In this document: one piece after another, positions 12,218 through 23,165 of the stretch
Layout: the number at the start of each line of letters is the position of its first letter
How positions within the stretch are numbered: position 1 is the stretch's first letter
Translations under genes and position numbers: made by a program
Origin: Azolla caroliniana
Taxonomy: Eukaryota > Plantae > Polypodiophyta
DNA length: 64,000 nucleotides
Reading direction: 5' to 3'
Assembly (NCBI GenBank): GCA_043228905.1
Contig: JBHGNT010000011.1
Span: 12,710,001-12,774,000 of the forward strand
The notes under the pieces: model-generated
Databases searched by the model: none
What the model saw: only the letters and a program-made list of their open reading frames with translations
What the model was told of the DNA's origin: nothing

Positions 12218-15200
12218 TCAGTCGACATGTTCATAACGTGACCTTTTATTCTCTCTTTCTGCCCAATCTTTGCCTTTCTGATGGAAATGGTGATAATCAG
12301 TTTCATTGGTTCTACGAGTTTGAGATGCGTGAGAATGCTCCTTCAATTGCAAATGATGCCATCGCTTGGTCTCTGACGAGCTTTCAACATGATCAATTTC
12401 TAGGTCTTCAACATCAACAAATTCAGTATTATATGTAGCTATCTTTCCTCCACATTCTGAATTAGAAAAATGGCCGTTGTGAACAGAATTATTAAATTGT
12501 CCATCCGTGAGCGAAGATTTCTCTGGTTGACCATCTCTGTTCGCATTTTCCATTCCCCTTTCAAGCAATTCCTCTTCATCTGTCAGCTCTAGTTTGGATC
12601 GCATTGCTTCACCTTCTGCTTTAAGCTTTCTTCTCTTCTCCACAACTGTCTTCAGCTTTGCAATATTCACTTGCTCCAAATCATCCAAAGATGTCTTTGG
12701 GTTTACTTGGTTACTTCCTTGTTGAAGGGTTTCCACTGTTGTCCTTGATTTCACTTCAACAACTGGCCTTTTTTCTACAACCTGTGGCGTACCTGGTGGC
12801 AAAGCCTTTTTATCATGATTGTTACATCCATTTGGATCAGTGGATCGAGAAGTTGGAATCTCCCTATTTTGCTCATATAGCTCAAGCATTTGATTGCTTA
12901 CATCTGTCGGAGAGAAACACTAACTTTTTTCTTTAAGTCTTCTGCAAAGACAACTCAATTTTGGAAGATATGTGGATTCAATGAACCTTTCACCTCACCT
13001 TCTAACTGCCTAGGAGTAACATTAAATTCTTGCCACCAAGGTTTTTTACCATTGGAAGGTATCTTTACTTTCAAAAACTTCGCTGCAAGAAAGATAGCTC
13101 CTGCAGCGATATGGTGAGCCTTAAATTGCAAACACAATGAAGTGCGCAACCTGAACAATGTTAAGTTATAACAGTTACCATATCAGTTAACAAAACAATG
13201 GCTTCAAGGTAAGACATTGAAGAATTACCCGTCATTGATGAAATTCCAAGCAACTTGAGTAAGGGCATTTTGGGCAACTTTCAGCTTCTTGGTAGCAGCA
13301 ATCAGAGGTCTATAAGGATGCTGAATGTTGAGATCAAACTCTAAAGTAGAAAGGACATGGTATTCCTCAAGAAGCACAAGCTCCTTTTCTTGCTCATAGA
13401 CTTCCTGATAAATTATGCAAATTCTGAGCATGGTAAAAAGGAACGCCACCGTCAAAGATCACTCACCTTGCTTACCTGTATTGTAATGCGTTGTATGATA
13501 TCTTGTGAGTCTTTCTTGTGTCTTATTTCATAAGCAAGACAAATGACATTCTTAAGAAGTTTTGGAGTCTCTTCAACTTTTCCAGCCAAAAACATACAAA
13601 CTGTCGCAATCACCTGAAAGCAAGAACTTCTAGTTGAGACAACTTAAATTGATGATAGGTTATTTTGATATTGAATAATCTCAAATACAACTCATAATCC
13701 AGGAAAAAAGATGGGGGTGGCATATTGAAGGCCAGTTTTTAGTAGACTATCAAGACATCCCAAGGACTCTCTCGAATTTGATATTACAGGTGAACTATGA
13801 TCTTCAAGTTATAGGTGCATAGGTTTTAAGTATTTCTAGAGCTGCAAATATTGCCCTCCTTATTTAGGTTGTGTTATGATTGACGCAAAGAACTAAAATG
13901 ACAGAACAAGAAGCATCTCCGAAAAGAGGCAAAATGATAGAAAGTTAGAGAAAGAGACAAACGAAGCATACTTGAATCTTCTCTAGTCAGACGTTGGGAA
14001 ACTTCATTATGTTGTACTCACTGCAAAGTTATTGGTACCCCCGAAAAAGGGTTATGAAGGATGAAATCAAGCATATTAAGATAATTTCTGTCAAATTTAT
14101 AAAAGTAGCTTTAGTAACCCCCAATGTTCCCATAATTACAACCCTTCCTCAGCAATCATTTGGTGATAACCACTAGAAGTCGGCAACAGCTCGGCACCTA
14201 AACCAAGTCGTTAAGTCGTTTGGCAGTTGGGCTGTTTGGTTCAGTTCGGTTCAGGCTTGACCTTCCTTAACCGGTTTGAGCTTGGTTTGGCAAGGCTCAA
14301 GCTGAACTCAACCTGTTCGGGCCAAACTGGTTACGGCTTTGTCTGTTTGGCCAAACCGGTTGAGGAACCACTTCGGTTCAAGTTTGTAAACTCCCAAACT
14401 GGTACAGGCTTAACCGGTTTGGATTGGACAAGAGCAAACCGATTAAGCTAAAACCGAACCATTGCCGATTCCTAATAACCACTAAAGAGTCTGAGGTGCA
14501 AACCACCATGCATATCGGGTCCAAGATGCCAATGGAAAATGCCAGATTCAACAAAGTGTTTCTAAAGTACCATAGATTATATGCTTCTCTCCGGACCAGG
14601 ACATAACAAAGGGGTTACAATAGATCAGGCAATAGCTTCAGAGACCTCGCAATTCTGTACTGACCTATGCTAGAGATCTTTCGAAGACAAAAGTTACAAT
14701 ATTTCTGACTTGAGAATCTTACATGTGCCGATTACAAGATTCTTCAGTCACTTTTTATGTTTACTTAGTAACATTTATTTTATTTTTATTTGTTGTTCTC
14801 AAAAACGAGAAAACACTGAAGATGTAATCCCTTGTTTGGTCTTATAGGCCATTTTGGCCTCTTAAAAGAAGTTGATGTATCTTTCTTTCTTTCTCCGGAA
14901 AACAAAATCATCCTCTTTGGCATATGGATCCTATGCATCATATTCATCCTCCATCAGCTTCAAATTCACATCCATACAATAACTGATGTCTGTCACTCAT
15001 CACCTGTACTACATTGATAAATTTGGTTTGTGTATATCAAACAACTCATGGATATATTTTCTTAAGCATGAAAAAAGAAATACGTGTGACCTCCCTTGCC
15101 TATTATTCGTATGACATGATTCAAATTTTTTCAATTTCAATTTCAATAGTTCTGTGAATTTCAGAGCAAGCAATTTACGGAAACATAGACATTTCTGAAT

Positions 15201-18200
15201 GATGAAAATAACTGTTTTGAGATATGCAAGACACATTTTTTGTTTCTTTTTGTTACTATTGAAAACATAAAATTAAAATTAGCCAAGCAAGAAGAACATT
15301 ACATGTTAGAGACAAGAAAGAAGGACTCACAAATCTATCCTTCCTTGCATGCGATTGCCGTAGAAAAAACCGATGGCAAAAAACTATTGCAGTAGCAATT
15401 GTCACTTGCGGCCTGAATTTGACACACACACTCTCTCTCCTCCTCTCTCTCTCTCACTCTCTCTCTGTGGCATGCATATGCAAAGGTCCTATATGATATC
15501 CCCAGGCAAACTCCTCACGCCCACATGAATCCACCTTTTTTACTCCACAAAATGTAAGAAATGCAATTGATTGGTTACAATTTGATAAGGTCCGGGATCA
15601 TGATGGATTGGTTGGTGAGCACTTCATCTATGCCGTGACATCTTGCTCCCATTGCTAGCACACATCTTTAATAGAGCCATGTGCGAAGGTTAACCTGCTA
15701 GATGGACTCAACATACCATTTGTGCCAATCCTCAAGGGTGGAGACCCCATGATGCCAAGCAACTATAGGAAAATCATGATAGGCCATTACTTGGCTAAAC
15801 TATATGGCTCGATTCTTGAGTTAGAATTGAGTATATAGAGCAGAATGGCTATTGTTCAGCTGGACAGGCAAGCTTTCAGAAGGGGTTCACAACATTGGAT
15901 CACATATTAATCCTCCGAGCGCTTATCGAGGAGGGCAAAGCCCATAATAAAGAATTTATTGCTGCTTTGTGGATTTATGAATAGCCTTTGACATTGTGCT
16001 ATGTGTTCGGCTTATGCAACAGCTAGAAGCCCATTGTGTTCTTATAGATCTGCAATGGGGAATCTATGCACTCTATGAGTCCATATCTGGAAAAGTGCGG
16101 TCTTCCAATGGTTTGTCAAAGGTGGTGGCTAGTTTAATTGGAGTGAAACAAAAGTGGAGTCTTCCTACTATAGTAGTTTGAGTTTTTGCGAGGAATGTAA
16201 CATGCAACTATGTAAAGCTTCTCTTTTTCCAAATTAACCTCTATCAATATGTATCTCTTATAGTCATCATATTTGCATACTTTGATAGAATTATCTAAGC
16301 TCTCATGGTAGATACATGCTATCTTGGCACGTCGAATATTCCCTTTGGAGTGAGGCCATATCGACTTTATAAGGTAACCATCTATCTTTGGTAGATAGAT
16401 AGTTACCCGGCATGTCCAATATTCCATTTGGAGTGAGTCCATATCAATTTTTGAGGAGGGCAGGGCCATAATAAAAAATTTATTGCTGCTTTATGGATTT
16501 CTTAATAGCATTTGACATTGTGCCATGTGCTCAGCTTATGCAACGGCTAGAAATCCATGGTGTTCCTACATATCTACAGTGGGGAATCTATGCACTCTAT
16601 GAATCCGTGTCCGGAAAAGTGCGGTCTTCGAATGGTTTGTCAAAGGTGGTGGCTAGCACAATCGGAGTGAAACAAAAGTGCAATCTTCTTATTATAGTAG
16701 TTTGAGTCTTTGTGAGGAATGTAACATGCAACTATGTAAAGCTTCTCTTTCCCCAAATTAACTTCTATCCATATGTATCTCTTATAGACATCATATTTGC
16801 ATACTTTGATAGAATTATCTAAGCTCTCATGGTAGATACATTCTATCTCGACATGCCCGATATTCCCTTTAGAATGAGGCCATATCAATTTTATGACATA
16901 ACCATCTATCTTAGGTATACGCTTTGCCTCATGCTCCCATGTTCCTGCCAAAAATATAATATCCATACCTTGAGCTACATCAGTCCTAAACCTTATTCCG
17001 TGGATATCCTCTACAATTCCAAAACATTACTTTCAATCTTGAAGTATTTAGTCTCATAGGTCTTTGCTTGCTATGCATTTTGATTTGCTTTCCTAGATAC
17101 ATACAATTGCTTTCTACGTTGGTGCTCTTGTGGAGTTCTATCCTCCATTAGAAAGAAACTTGTCCCTTTTAACTGAAGCTTACTACTATTTAGAATAATA
17201 GCCATTTTTCGTTCATCTAGGATTGTACAAAAAATAGCTCAAGATGACTTTCCATCAAGTTGCTTTTTGGCAACCCTATGAGGGGCATATACAATAACAT
17301 CTAACATAGCAAAGTGATCTTCAAAGAATTTTGTAATATTCTCTACAAGAGATAATTCATTCTTTATGTCATTCTCTTGCATACATCTCATAACAATATT
17401 ATTCTTTCTTTTTTCAATTTCATATTGCTCCTTTGCATCTAACACATCATGGTATTAGAATGCATTTGCTTGATTTTTGGTGTTTCTTTCAAGACAACAT
17501 CTGTCCACCTTGTCATGATCACTTCTTCCTCCCCTTCAATTGTAGATTTTATTTTAGCATTTACCTTCATTAAAATCTCTTTTTATGCTTCAAGACCCAA
17601 CATTTTTATTTTTATTTCTAGCATCCGATTAACTTGCATTTGAAACCCTAAATAGATTGAAAGGTACATTCTACTTCTTCATTTTATTAGTAGTAAATAT
17701 GCCAAGAGGAGTAAAAGTCAATAGAAAAGATGGTAGCTATGTATATCTCATTGCAAGAAACAGTGATGCATATGCAAAGTGAAATGTTTGCTTATAAAGG
17801 GAGAGAATTAACTCATTAACATACAATGGAACATGATTATTCAAATGCAAGCTAATCGGATGCTTAAAATAGAAAGAAAAAGGTTGCATGAAAAGAGATT
17901 TTAATGAAGGCAAATGCTAAAATAAAATCTACAATTGAAGGGAAGGAAGAAGTGATCATGACAAGGTGGATAGATGTTTTCTTGAAAGAAACCCCAAAAA
18001 TTACGCAAATGCATTCTAATACCATGATGTGTTAGATGCAAAGGAGCAATATGAAATTGAAAAAAGAAAGAATAATATTGTTATGAGATGTATACAAGAG
18101 AATGACATAAAGAATGAATTATCTCTTGTAGAGAATATTACGAAATTATTTGAAGATCACTTTGCTATACTAGATGTTATTGTATATGCTGCACATAGGG

Positions 18201-21200
18201 TTAGCAAAAAGCAACTAGAGGGAAAGTCATCTCGAGCTATTGTTTGTACAATCCTAGATGAATGTAAAAGGGCTATCATTCTAAATAGTAGTAAGTTACA
18301 CTTAAGAGGGACAAGTTTCTTTGTAACGGAGGATAGAATTCCATAAGAGCAACAACGTAGAAGGCAAGTATATGCATCTAGGAAAGCAAATTAAAATGCA
18401 TAGCAAGCAACGACCTATGGGACTATAAATACTTCAAGATTGAAGTAATGTTTTGGAATTGTAGAGGATATCCATGGAATAAAGGTTTAGGACTCAATGA
18501 TGTAGCTCAAGGTATGAATATTATATTTTTGGTTGAAACATGGGAGCATAAGGCAAAACATATACCTAAGATAGATGGTTGCCTCATAAAATCGATATGG
18601 CCTCACCCCAAAGGGAATATTGGGCATACTCTATTACATGACTCAGAGGATTGTGTCATGTCCGATTATGAAAAAAAATTTATACATATGCTAAATTGCA
18701 CAACATTGATTATCTTAAATGGTATGAAGGCATTCCCCTTGACAAATGTACTCACATGTTTACCATCCTTAGGTGGAGGAAGTGTGGTTGATTATGCATT
18801 AATGCCGCCATGTGATCTATCCTTGGTGAATGTGTTTAAAGTTGGCTCTCTATCTCCGGACTCAAACCATAAGCCATTGTACTTAGAGCTTGCAATTCCA
18901 CATTTCATCCATAGATGCCATAGAGTGAAAGAGGAAAAGAAATGTATCATTTGACCTTGCTATGAAAAAGCTAAGATGATTGCGAATGAAGTGGAGAACC
19001 ATTTGTTAAATTTTTCTCTAAGCAACGATGTTAAAGAAAATTGGCATCATTATCCTTCTGTAATTGTGTTGACTGGAGGAAAAGAGAGTGAGAGAGGTTG
19101 ATTCTTGACATCAACAAGATGCCCATTCCTCAAGTGTTTTGCTCGAAGTTCTTGCTCAAAGCAACTCCTCGAACCAAGGTTTTCTTGAGACAAGATTTCT
19201 TTGAACCAGGGTTTCCTCGAGCCAAGGTTTCCTCAAACCCAAGTTTCCCCAACCTAGGTTTCTTCGAACCAAGTTTCCTCGAACCCAGGTTTCCCAAACC
19301 TAGTTTTCTTTGAACCAAGTTTCCTTGAGCCAAGGTTTTCTCGAGCCAAAGTTTCCACAAACCAATAATCCCCAAATCAAATTCCTTGAACGAGATATTT
19401 CTCGAAAAGGGGATAACACAAACGCTACCCACAAAGGGTTCTAAAACTTCTCTCGCGCCATCACCTTCTCCCTAATTCAAGTCCCCCATGGTCCCGCTCA
19501 AGGTCAGCAAGTGGCAATAGGAGGACAGGATTTGGTGGGGACGTCACTATATTCCTAGTGCTTCCGTTGCATTCTTTTGCCAACCTACTATGAGACATCG
19601 TGGGGCATGCCCAAAGTCACTTTGCAAACTACATAGATAAGGTCGTCAACATTGCATCGAAGAATTGAAATGGAAGACACAAAGCTACACCTTCTCCACA
19701 CCTAGATCACCTCCCAACAATCTACAAATGATTGTGGAACATGCCCAATGACGCTTTGCACGCTAAGAGGACAAGGTCATAACTAGCCCGTGGAAGAGTA
19801 TTTTGTAATGATTGTTTGTCCCATGGGCCATGTTGACCCACCATGAAAATCCTTAATAATGATTGTTAGTCCAATGGACCATGTGTGGTATCATGGCAAT
19901 ACTTAGTGGTAAGCCTTGTTTTAATATACCATGCAGCTAGGTTTGTAGAATGGGCATGATTGTCAGGATTGCCTATTGAGGAAGGAACCATCACCAAGAA
20001 CACTAGGAATGTATTCCAGCTACACTGACAAAATCAGACCCATTGAAAATCCAAACAATGAAAATCTGAAGCAAAAATCATTTTCCATTTCCTTTTCATT
20101 TATCATTTCAAATGGTCCCAAAACAATGGTGAGAGTTCTTTGTAACAATTGTTAGTCCCATGAGCCTTGTTAACCCCCTGTGGCCATTGATATATCATCA
20201 TCATTATCCTCTGTGTCTTAGGGAAATACCTTCATGGTGTGGTATGAGATGCTAATGTACTCACTATTTTATCATATTGAGGTTGTACCCTAGTAGTAAG
20301 CCATTTCTTTATCAGCCCATGCATTATGGTTGAAGTCTCACTAATAGTAGTAAAATACCATATGACACCACAGAATGTAGGGATTTGAACACGTAACCTT
20401 CTCATCTCCACCAAACACCCTCAGCAACTGAGCAACAATTATGAGGTTTCTCATGCTGTGTTTGTATTAGGGTTGTATCGTAGTGCTGAGCCTTATCTTT
20501 TTTAGTACATTCACTTGGTTCCATTCTAATTAACTCCAGTACTTTTCTACATGATGATGATGATGATATATTAGCATCCATAGATAGGTAATAATCATTA
20601 CCAAGCACTATTGTAGTAGATGCCTGCAGAAGGCAAGCATTGAACTAGTGAGGTTCATCCATCTGGGCATTTCTCTGATCTCTTTTCTTTCATTTTCCTT
20701 CATATAAGGTTTACCCTAGTGATAAACCATCTTTTGTATTAACTTACATACACCTGACTCTAAATCTCACATGCCACTACGAAATGTGGGATTTGAATGC
20801 ATGATGTTGTGTTCTTTGACAAACAACCTTACCAACTGACCTACACCCATCTCATTCTCTCCAGATCTTTGCAAATAGCTCCACAGACTCATAACAAGTG
20901 AAATAAAACTCAAAATCTTTATTGAGAATCACAGTCCAGATACCTCTAAAAGAGTGCATAAATTTTGCAGCATTTTTATGGGTACAACAAGCTCCACTAT
21001 TGATTAAATCTTGAATATTATGTCGAGCATCATATAATAAAGAATTCTATAATGTATAAAGTTTAGAATTTTATAATATTATTAACAAAGCCTGCAAAGT
21101 TCCACACATCAACACAAAACTTAAAATGAGCATAAAAGGTCAATCTATTTCCAATCTCATGCAAAATTGGTTAAAACTTGAATCTTTATATTTTCTTTGT

Positions 21201-21794
21201 GAGAAACATACAATACAGGAAAGGTCAACAAAACTACATAAAACCTGAAATCTTTTTTCTTTTAGAGAGATCATACACTATAACAAAACACCATACAATT
21301 TCACAGAGCTTAAAACCTGGGGTTTATACAGAAAGAATGCTGTTGTCCTTCTTTGACAAATCAGAAATTATATAGCACTTTAAATTCTTTTCAGGATAAC
21401 CACATACACACTGCAACAAGCTCCACAAAAAGGATTGCATTAAAATTTGGAATTATTTTTCTTTCAGAGAATCGGTCATACCCTAAAGCAAATCTCTGAG
21501 AAAGCATTGAATAAAAGAACTAACACCAGAACGCAAAAAGGAAAGAAAGAAAGCTTACACTTTGAGACGCATTCCCAGATCTTGCAAAAATGCACAATAA
21601 GACTTGCGAAGGTAAGATTCTTTAGAAGGATCAATACCATCCTTACGAGAAGGAGATGAGTTTTCAATGAAATCTCGTGTGAAGAACCACTGACACATCG
21701 AATGGTCTGGCTCCTCCAGGCCTCGTAGACCTTTCCATGAACCTACATCTCCTCCTTCTTCTTCTTCTCCTTCTTCGTCGAACAGTTCCGCCAT
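12218..21794 (-). CDS. CYCT1: Cyclin T1-family protein (P-TEFb/CDKC regulatory subunit), 489 aa
   Basis: Six exons (minus): 21794-21559, 15412-15331, 13613-13476, 13404-13229, 13150-12999, 12903-12218; total 1470 nt, in frame. Motifs [122 protein letters not shown]. Confidence 0.93.
14174..14474. mobile_element. hAT-type MITE (301 bp) in cyclin T intron 2
   Basis: Imperfect TIRs (tagaagtcggcaacagctcgg / ccgaaccattgccgattccta), perfect 8-bp TSD ATAACCAC at 14166-14173 and 14475-14482, internal AACCG/CGGTT motifs. Confidence 0.9.
14590..14895 (+). mobile_element. Short LINE 3'-end copy (same family as 3438-3860)
   Basis: Shares gaccaggacataacaaagg, gacctatgctagagatctt and ggtcttataggcc..ttggcctcttaaaag plus a (TTTC)n tail with the reverse complement of 3438-3860, with an internal deletion. 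Confidence 0.85.
15540..19060. mobile_element. Rearranged LINE (ORF1-like, APE endonuclease and RT fragments in alternating orientation) in cyclin T intron 1
   Basis: RT fragments on + (15540-16160, 16455-16700: YCCFVD..AFD, IGVKQ). Endonuclease/ORF1 on - (16160-16450, 16700-17643). ORF1 plus endonuclease on + (17840-19060: MFWNCRG, IFLVETW, SVVDY, SNHKP). Confidence 0.88.
19140..19365 (+). repeat. Degenerate minisatellite of ~16-17 bp unit (gtttcctcgaaccaag), roughly a dozen copies
   Basis: Visible tandem units such as tttcctcgagccaagg, tttcctcaaacccaag, tttcttcgaaccaag, tttcctcgaacccagg. Confidence 0.85.
20280..20445 (-). mobile_element. tRNA-derived SINE-like bipartite element, copy A
   Basis: Reverse complement reads ttgctcagttgctgagg (A-box-like) ... 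gtgttcaaatccctacattc (B-box-like), plus an opposed ccctagtagtaag...ggttgaagtc module. Confidence 0.6.
20707..20852 (-). mobile_element. tRNA-derived SINE-like bipartite element, copy B
   Basis: Reverse complement reads gtaggtcagttggtaaggttg ... gcattcaaatcccacatttc; opposed ttaccctagtgataaacc module (truncated). Confidence 0.55.
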
Positions 21795-22194
21795 AACCAA
21801 GAAAAGGTGAATAATCAGGCGTAGGTTAATGACCTGATCTTCGGCTCGAAACGACTCAGAGAGAGAGAGAGGGGGGGGAGGGAGGGAGGGATGAAACGAT
21901 GATGTTGAATGAGGGTTAGATGGTGGGGAATTCTGGAGCCTCCTCTTCAGGAAACGGCGAGCCAAAGCGGCAGAGACTGTACAGAAAAGGAGAGCTACAT
22001 TGAGGTAGAATCTTGACCTTCAGTACGATCGCCATGGTCTGCGCGATCACGAGGATATGACTGACTGTCAAAGAAACGGCAGCCGACTGAAGAAACGGCA
22101 GGCCCTAATCATCACATCACGTATACATACATACATTATACATACATACAAAATTTACATTAACACGGAGAGAGAGGAAGGAGAGAGAAAATAT

Positions 22195-22495
22195 AAGGTG
22201 AGAAAATGGGTTTCGAACCCAAGACCTTCTGTGGTGGGCAGTGTAAACAATTTGGCACTAGGGTGAAATTGTATTGAAAATCTAAACAAATCTAAAATTC
22301 AAATTACGAGATGAATGTAACTCAATTTGCCCATTGGAGGCGAGAAGGTCATGGGTCCGACCCCCCTACATTCCACATTGGCATCTCATAAATTAAGAGA
22401 TATATGTATGGAGTAATAGAGAGGTGAGAAAATTGTGTGATGCAATGGTAGTAGTCTAACAACTTACCACTAAGGTAAGCTAATTACAATGAGAG
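22195..22495. mobile_element. tRNA-derived SINE-like modules upstream of cyclin T (copy C plus an extra module)
   Basis: gggtttcgaaccc (reverse B-box) at ~22208; forward head gtaactcaatttg...ggtcatgggtccgacccccctacattcc at 22313-22376; spacer gtaatagagaggtga shared with ~30290. Confidence 0.6.
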
Positions 22496-22739
22496 AGAGA
22501 GAGAGAGAGACATCATTTTAATGTTCACATGAAACTGATCTATGAGACGAGATCTATAATTGATGCCTATGGTGATAATGGAATGAAATTGGCCTATAGA
22601 CACACACATACACACATATGGCGACTGGAAATCCTTGCGAACGAGCATTAGAACTCCACCTTTGTGTTGGGAATCGGGTAGAGTGGTGTCATTGAATCGT
22701 GCAACATCACAACTTGGAGAGAGAGAGAGAGAGAGAGAG

Positions 22740-23165
22740 AGATTTTATTATCGTATTCAGATGTCAAATATGACCCATGAGACCAAAAATATTACATTTC
22801 ACATAATGCATGTGAAAGGGAGTAGCAACTCCCGAAGTTCAAGAACTTTAGCAATGAATATTGCAATTGAGAGTGCACATTGTGGTTGTGAGAGAAATTC
22901 ATGCGAGGATTTGGTTTGGTTGAAGATATGTGGAAAACATGGTTGAATATGATCAAAGGTAGAGCATTGTATCGAAGTGTGATACTCAAACTCTTGAACT
23001 TGTCTAGGGCAAAGTATGCATAGTCGACCACTCTCATCACTTGTGCCCCAACGCCCCATCTCACATCGCAATGCATGTGAGCTAAGTCGCATGGAACCAA
23101 TGGTTCGGATGGTCGACAATGGGGATAAGCTCTAACATGTATCAATTTGTATAATTTCCCTATTT
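22740..23165 (-). mobile_element. LINE 3' fragment
   Basis: ORF remnant MRLSSHALRCEMGRW..RLCILCP..EFEYHTSIQC (RT-associated zinc-finger region), 3' stem-loop, (TC)n tail. Confidence 0.85.

Noticed and set aside
19140-19365. CRISPR-like repeat array
   Set aside because: Eukaryotic context; units are contiguous and degenerate with no unique spacers and no cas genes.
21795-21965. N-terminal extension of cyclin T suggested by the ORF track (MARRFLKRR...)
   Set aside because: Starts at TTG and runs through a CT microsatellite; the first in-frame ATG is at 21794.
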